Source of the DNA: Candidatus Obscuribacterales bacterium
Lineage (GTDB): Bacteria; Cyanobacteriota; Vampirovibrionia; Obscuribacterales; Obscuribacteraceae
DNA: 64,000 nt
Assembly: GCA_965228855.1 (NCBI GenBank)
Contig: CBDDIJ010000005.1
Span: forward strand, 736,001 to 800,000
Direction: 5' to 3'
The position numbers and the translations under genes were made by a program. This document shows, piece by piece, positions 59,901 through 64,000 of the stretch. Within the stretch, counting starts at the first letter, position 1. Each line of letters begins with the position of its first letter. The notes under the pieces were generated by a model. The model was not told where the DNA came from, did not search any database, and saw only the letters and a list, made by a program, of their open reading frames with translations.

Positions 59901-62900
59901 CAGGCGGTCTGGCGATGGCTGATGCCTACAACGAAGCAACTGGCGGGAAGGCTCAAACTGAAGCAGAGAGAACAGCATTCGACCTTGCTCAAAAACACTA
60001 CGTCGATCAAACCGCAGATATAAATCGCATCATCACAAGCGGACAAATAGACAACAACACGCTGTACAAGCTGCAAACGGGCAATGAAAAGATCCGCCAA
60101 TCGCAACTGGATCAACTCGATCGGATGCAGCTCCTTATCAACAATCCTGAACACAAGCTCGAAAATGTAACTGCAAAAACAGTCGATGGAACAATTAAGC
60201 GTCCTGATTTAAACAATCCAGGACACATCGTTGATTACGAAGTGCGGGCCAATCTGATCTATAAGAAGGGCACCACAAACGCGATCGGACAGGTTAACGC
60301 ACAAGACGGCACGATGAAAATTTATGATGCGTCGGGTCGCGTCGAAGTGACGAAGATGAACGACCGTCGCCTTGCCGGCACCATAATTCATTTGGAAGGA
60401 ATGACAGAAACAGGAGAAAAGCAATCCGTAGATTGGCTCTCTGACGGGACAGGAAAGCTTCAAAGTTTTGCGGAGATGCGTAAACAAGCCGCAGATCAAA
60501 GAAAGTTTTTCGAAGTTCTTGCCGGCGATCCAGGAAGTTCTCAGCGAGCCAAAGACGGTCTGGCAAGGACGCTGCACAATGAGCAACGCTTCAACAACAC
60601 ACTCGACGACATGCTGAAGAACGGAATTCGCGATGTGTCTGTTGACAAACAGGGACGTATCAACCCAGGTTATAACCTCGGAAAAATCATCGAAGGTCCG
60701 AAGAAGAATATTCAAGCGGAGGACTTTCTTCAGGAGGAAAAAATTCCGCCCAAGAAAGTCAACGTTCACTCCTTCCAATCGCAGGAAGAGTGCAACAAAA
60801 CAAGCGGCGCTATGCGTGTCGGCAAAGATCTTTACTACGTAGAAAAGGGAACGCTTTACCACGCTAAAACAGAAGGAGGCAAAACAGTTCGTGTCGGAGA
60901 ACCGGTGGGGACGCTTGAGCCTGGCTATGTAGCTCAAATTGGCGGAAAACGAATCTCGTTGCAAAACGAATCGCAGTTTCTGTTTCAATTCAAAATCGAC
61001 GGTGACAGTCAGGAGCACAGAATATTTGGAACGGGTGCCGCACATATCGATGAGTCCGGGCGTTTTGTTAAAGGCGGGCTTGTCGATGCAAGAGAGCTGC
61101 TCAACGGCGGCGCCGAAGCAAAAGCAGCGGCCAACCAGGCGATGCAAGACTATTTCGATGAGAAACCGGGTGGGAACTTCATTGCAGACACGCTGGGATG
61201 GTCCGTAAATGTCGGTCTGGGCGATCGCGAAGGACAAATGCGATACGTCAACGAAACTATCGGCAACCAGAATGCGGCAATGAAGATGCAGCTGGACAGC
61301 ATGTTCGCGCATGGTCTTGCGGAAGACGGCATGACTAACAATCAGATTGATAAGGGCGTCAACACGACAAATCGTTTTATGCGAGATTTGAATATGTCCG
61401 CAGCGGACATGGATCAGATGTCGCAAGAAGGGCGCAACATTCAAAAGCAGACATCCGAAAGCACGGCGATGGCTATGATGAGTTTGATTCCAGGAGGCGT
61501 AACATTCGCAGCGGGCAGAATGGGTGCAGGCAGCTTACTCGCAACTAATGCGGCTGCACGGTTTGGCGTGGCCGTCGTCGCCGGAGGTACGATTTCGGTA
61601 GCCACTAGGCAATCGAATAAGGTGGACGTTGCCACCGCATTCGGTACTGGCGGGCTAGAAGCAGGGGCTATGTTAATCGGAGCTGAAGGCACTCAGTTTC
61701 TGGAGAAATTGAAACACGTCAACGCAGCCAGCAAACTTGGCACGGCGGAAGCAGTGAAAGTTCTGGGCTCGCCGGAAATTGCGCCAATCCTCAAAGACAA
61801 GGCCGGCAGAGCTCTGGTCGAGATGGCACTGAAACCGGGGGGAGACAAAGTTCTGGAAGGAGTCTGGCGCGTCGCAAATGCAGGCTTTCAAACCACCGCA
61901 CTCACTGGAGCCAGCAGTCTTAGAGAAGGCAACTTCAATATGATGACCCCGGACAAATTGCTGGAGGGTGGCGCGTTTATGCTGGCCGCGGACGCAGTTA
62001 CACTTCTTGCAAAAGTTCCAACTCCAGGAGCCGAGTGGAAATTACAAGGAAGAGTCGGCAAATTTATTGACGGCAATATCAAACAGCTAGCCGAGGATTC
62101 GGTGAACAATGTCAGCAATTCTTTGATGAGTGCCCGGGTTCAAGCAAACGAAGCCGAGCTGGAAAACATATCCAGAGAGAGGGGAATTCCGAAAGACCTG
62201 ATCAGTAAAGAGCAGTTCGAGAAGTGGAAAAACCAATCAAGAATTAACTCGTTTCTCGTTCAAAGTGTAGCGGATAGCGTCGCGTCATCCCTGGTTTCCG
62301 CGCCGATGAACCACGCGATGTCATCGGCGACGCATCCGCAAAGTCACGCGGAACACATGCCGAAAGACTCGACAGCCGACAGCCCCGGTAACTCCCCGCG
62401 CTCAAGCGAGCGTGACACCATAAGCGGTGATACTGTGCGTTTGGACGGTGATGATCAGAAACGTGCCTCCGAGCAGGTTGAGTCTTCCAAAATTGAAACT
62501 CCTTTCGGGTACACACGCATCACGCCGGACGGTGAAAACATAACTATCGAACCACATTCCGGCGGAAGCTATCAGTACAACGTCAAAGATGGGCGCATAA
62601 ATCTCGTTCGTGATACCGGCGGAAGTGAAACGAGTATTGCATACGACAAACAAGGGGAAGTCAGCGCTCTGCACGTCAAGAACGGCGAACACACTGCAGT
62701 TTGGCAAAAGCAAGGCGATGAATGGGTAGTTCAAACTGGGGGAATCGAACTTCGTTCCAGAGAGAAGATCTCGGTCACAGAAGATGGTCGCATCATCCAT
62801 ATTTCAGACAACAGTCGGCAAGTAAAAAACCTCGACGGCTCCATGCTGACGTCCGATGGCAAGGGCGGGACAGAAACACTTTTGAATCCCAATCTTAATG

Positions 62901-64000
62901 AAGACGTCAGACTGAATCATGTGATGAAACTGATCGAGCACAATGTCACAGATGATGTTCTAGCGAGCAGGATTACCGCAAATATCAATCACCTGATGGA
63001 GCGTGTCATCGTGACGGGCAAAGATCGGGCTGAGTTTGCAAAAACACTTCTGCATGTGAGCGATTTGCTGCTTGATAAACCCGATGCAAAACTCGACAAA
63101 ACAACTCGTCAGCGACTCGCAGAAGAAGTCCTCTGGCTGGCGGCAAATCCGACGTATCTCAGTCAAGGCCGCCATCCCACTTGCGCAGTCGCGGCGGCCG
63201 AAGTTCGTCAGTATATGGAACACCCTTCCGACGTTGTTAGAGCGATCGCGGAACTTGCGAATACCGGACAATATCGTTGTCCGGACGGAACTGTTTTGCG
63301 CCCATTCCACGCGGATGGAGAATGGATTTTCCAGCCCGACACAGACGCAAAAGTACCATATGAAATTAGAAAAACGACCGGCGAACCCGGTTCATATGAC
63401 TCGCCAAGACTTATGGCTAGCCAACTCTGGCAGACACTGGCGATAACCGGATATTACAACGCAAACGGATTTAAAGGCGATCGACAATTGATCGGCAAAC
63501 TTGGATATCACGACGAATACATTTCCGATATGTCTAAAAATCCACCGGAGAAAGTAGCAGCGTCTGATGGCCCGCAGATGAACGGCGAGATGCTGATCAA
63601 GGCGGTAAATCAGCTAACCGGACGAACAGAGAACCTGGCGCTCTCTCATAAGCGATACGAAGGAGCCGAGGGGGCGCACACGTTTAGAAACGAGCGCGAA
63701 TTTACGTCCAAATTACTTGATCTACACGAGGACGGAAAGTTTCCAGTGATGTTCATAGTAGACACTCGCAACCCACCATGGAATCACGGGGACTTTGGAG
63801 GTTCACACGCAATCACCATTTTGGGTATTGAAACAAACGTAAGCCCTACCGACTTGCGAAAAATTGGCGACATCCTGCCCAGCCGTGGCACCATCGACAG
63901 TACCAGCGGAGAAATGAAACTACCAAGTCTCAAGGACATACAAATTCGAATCGACAATCAGTGGGGCAAAAAGCACGATTGGAATCTTCAGAAAATCACC
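56954..64000 (+). CDS. Giant (>=2349 aa, 3'-truncated) toxin/effector-like protein with C-terminal papain-like cysteine peptidase domain
   Basis: ATG at 56954 after GGAGAG. The frame stays open to the window end, which explains its absence from the stop-terminated ORF track. It has a K/P/A-rich N-terminus, YD-like beta repeats, a Gly/Ala-rich hydrophobic block, and the motifs SQGRHPTCAVAA, GGSHAITILG and IDNQWG. Confidence 0.85.
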   Translation, partial: MANKGKGDKVSPPKVEAPKPAAKAIAQNLYQPPKSKARPESAPKAKPAEAAPKPKPAKARAEVAKPAHGKAKDAPKPAAKRPAEGKRPAEVKAKPAKPAARQEKQESAKPKARDKAPKPKATEKAKPQEGLLQRGLTSAMNLYKQVTHAGDSKPQKGKTAGAKAEQSKAGHAKTEQIKPGHAKPGQAKPEQLKPGKAAARAESKVENRASNKPAHSDKTAPRKEVKEAHTKPAAKDKGHEKPEKTARVESNEHQKDKAKPKTDKTNGRADAQLKKEPESGFSLTNLAGKAIETGKKLLLPEAEKPHVNKVENADKLTPQQRKEKGVTDYVDPKTGDRYNYNQDGLVKEVETKGKLKTSYEYKDGKPVNISKTQKVLFLNLAVGSAEAVPGKVALSVDQDSGEARTSRHNVIQQRDEKTNKVRNVEVKQEMVFHTNGEKSSITSNLDGRRLQKEHLSADDKTTGITTYQYGERRPGQTDGPVRAQQTDKSGRVVHNIDFTSEKDLKQQKAAAREDIKYERKGAIESEHHETFDLRSGKEVIVNKTDKTTDYKQGSTTVREQQFDKGKLAIDQTVKYDERARVIEMQYKDVQKNVDVQVKFDSNGKSQEVKGNFKNYTDDQSTMKLYMDGQAGRILGQHRVDTIDTGEMLRYCEKSNPREGEKPTGVVSWKTPGEDNLTQATVKDGIVYDADKNKIGRINDRGDLTLNSGAQFNVINDKQYAAMFHGVGTDDHPLNLYGTEGMTGYMSSQGDRVLMVGGNMIDAQGKIIGHMNDDGRMIFAKGVKQDAGTDIKSYMHGGYVFKGNEDGNERRFFVDSISNGQMFVQKTDKSGNQILDTNGQPVKPLDCEMRLGMVIDKSSGKQLYNFVPPDVNEDETFSGGFMISMGDSPKMTALSEMKGTSFNVTVLGNQNTYKMVGIATGPQQFQADGTAIRGSGGVVNLDRELKLEKQNFDTRTRALNERLDEEKNMRLKGLGVGTAMLNPAGGLAMADAYNEATGGKAQTEAERTAFDLAQKHYVDQTADINRIITSGQIDNNTLYKLQTGNEKIRQSQLDQLDRMQLLINNPEHKLENVTAKTVDGTIKRPDLNNPGHIVDYEVRANLIYKKGTTNAIGQVNAQDGTMKIYDASGRVEVTKMNDRRLAGTIIHLEGMTETGEKQSVDWLSDGTGKLQSFAEMRKQAADQRKFFEVLAGDPGSSQRAKDGLARTLHNEQRFNNTLDDMLKNGIRDVSVDKQGRINPGYNLGKIIEGPKKNIQAEDFLQEEKIPPKKVNVHSFQSQEECNKTSGAMRVGKDLYYVEKGTLYHAKTEGGKTVRVGEPVGTLEPGYVAQIGGKRISLQNESQFLFQFKIDGDSQEHRIFGTGAAHIDESGRFVKGGLVDARELLNGGAEAKAAANQAMQDYFDEKPGGNFIADTLGWSVNVGLGDREGQMRYVNETIGNQNAAMKMQLDSMFAHGLAEDGMTNNQIDKGVNTTNRFMRDLNMSAADMDQMSQEGRNIQKQTSESTAMAMMSLIPGGVTFAAGRMGAGSLLATNAAARFGVAVVAGGTISVATRQSNKVDVATAFGTGGLEAGAMLIGAEGTQFLEKLKHVNAASKLGTAEAVKVLGSPEIAPILKDKAGRALVEMALKPGGDKVLEGVWRVANAGFQTTALTGASSLREGNFNMMTPDKLLEGGAFMLAADAVTLLAKVPTPGAEWKLQGRVGKFIDGNIKQLAEDSVNNVSNSLMSARVQANEAELENISRERGIPKDLISKEQFEKWKNQSRINSFLVQSVADSVASSLVSAPMNHAMSSATHPQSHAEHMPKDSTADSPGNSPRSSERDTISGDTVRLDGDDQKRASEQVESSKIETPFGYTRITPDGENITIEPHSGGSYQYNVKDGRINLVRDTGGSETSIAYDKQGEVSALHVKNGEHTAVWQKQGDEWVVQTGGIELRSREKISVTEDGRIIHISDNSRQVKNLDGSMLTSDGKGGTETLLNPNLNEDVRLNHVMKLIEHNVTDDVLASRITANINHLMERVIVTGKDRAEFAKTLLHVSDLLLDKPDAKLDKTTRQRLAEEVLWLAANPTYLSQGRHPTCAVAAAEVRQYMEHPSDVVRAIAELANTGQYRCPDGTVLRPFHADGEWIFQPDTDAKVPYEIRKTTGEPGSYDSPRLMASQLWQTLAITGYYNANGFKGDRQLIGKLGYHDEYISDMSKNPPEKVAASDGPQMNGEMLIKAVNQLTGRTENLALSHKRYEGAEGAHTFRNEREFTSKLLDLHEDGKFPVMFIVDTRNPPWNHGDFGGSHAITILGIETNVSPTDLRKIGDILPSRGTIDSTSGEMKLPSLKDIQIRIDNQWGKKHDWNLQKIT

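Noticed and set aside
56819..63446. Many listed ORFs over the last 7 kb (e.g. 60209..61444 -, 58133..58864 -)
   Set aside because: Shadows of the unlisted giant + strand ORF starting at 56954.

Overview
64 kb of bacterial chromosome (roughly 50% GC). It is probably from a non-photosynthetic cyanobacterial relative (Vampirovibrionia/Melainabacteria, Obscuribacterales-like). This is an inference from cyanobacteria-like ClpX/HU/ClpP sequences, the absence of photosynthesis genes and an expansion of membrane Ser/Thr kinases with LRR or pentapeptide ectodomains. Housekeeping genes are thrS, upp, dxr, tig-clpP-clpX-lon, tRNA-Gly(GCC), hup, alr-nadD-yqeK and ada/alkA-ogt, plus an aminotransferase-ALDH-acyl-CoA dehydrogenase operon. 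No integrase, transposase or CRISPR array was seen. Most notable: (1) a translationally coupled RR-HK-HK operon whose two paralogous histidine kinases carry complementary defects (one has His->Asn in the H-box but an intact ATP-binding domain, the other keeps the His but has lost the N and G1 boxes), suggesting an obligate heterodimeric or split kinase; (2) a giant ORF of at least 2349 codons, missing from the ORF track, that runs off the window end and contains a papain-like Q/C/H/N catalytic set, divergent from a highly acidic protein; (3) an alpha-2-macroglobulin-like thioester protein (CCEQ) with no signal peptide and a TPR insertion, convergent with a bacterial homologue of the SARA/endofin C-terminal domain (DUF3480); (4) a methyltransferase-oxidoreductase-type III PKS cassette; (5) an RHH-type gene with a perfect 16-bp palindrome in its promoter spacer.
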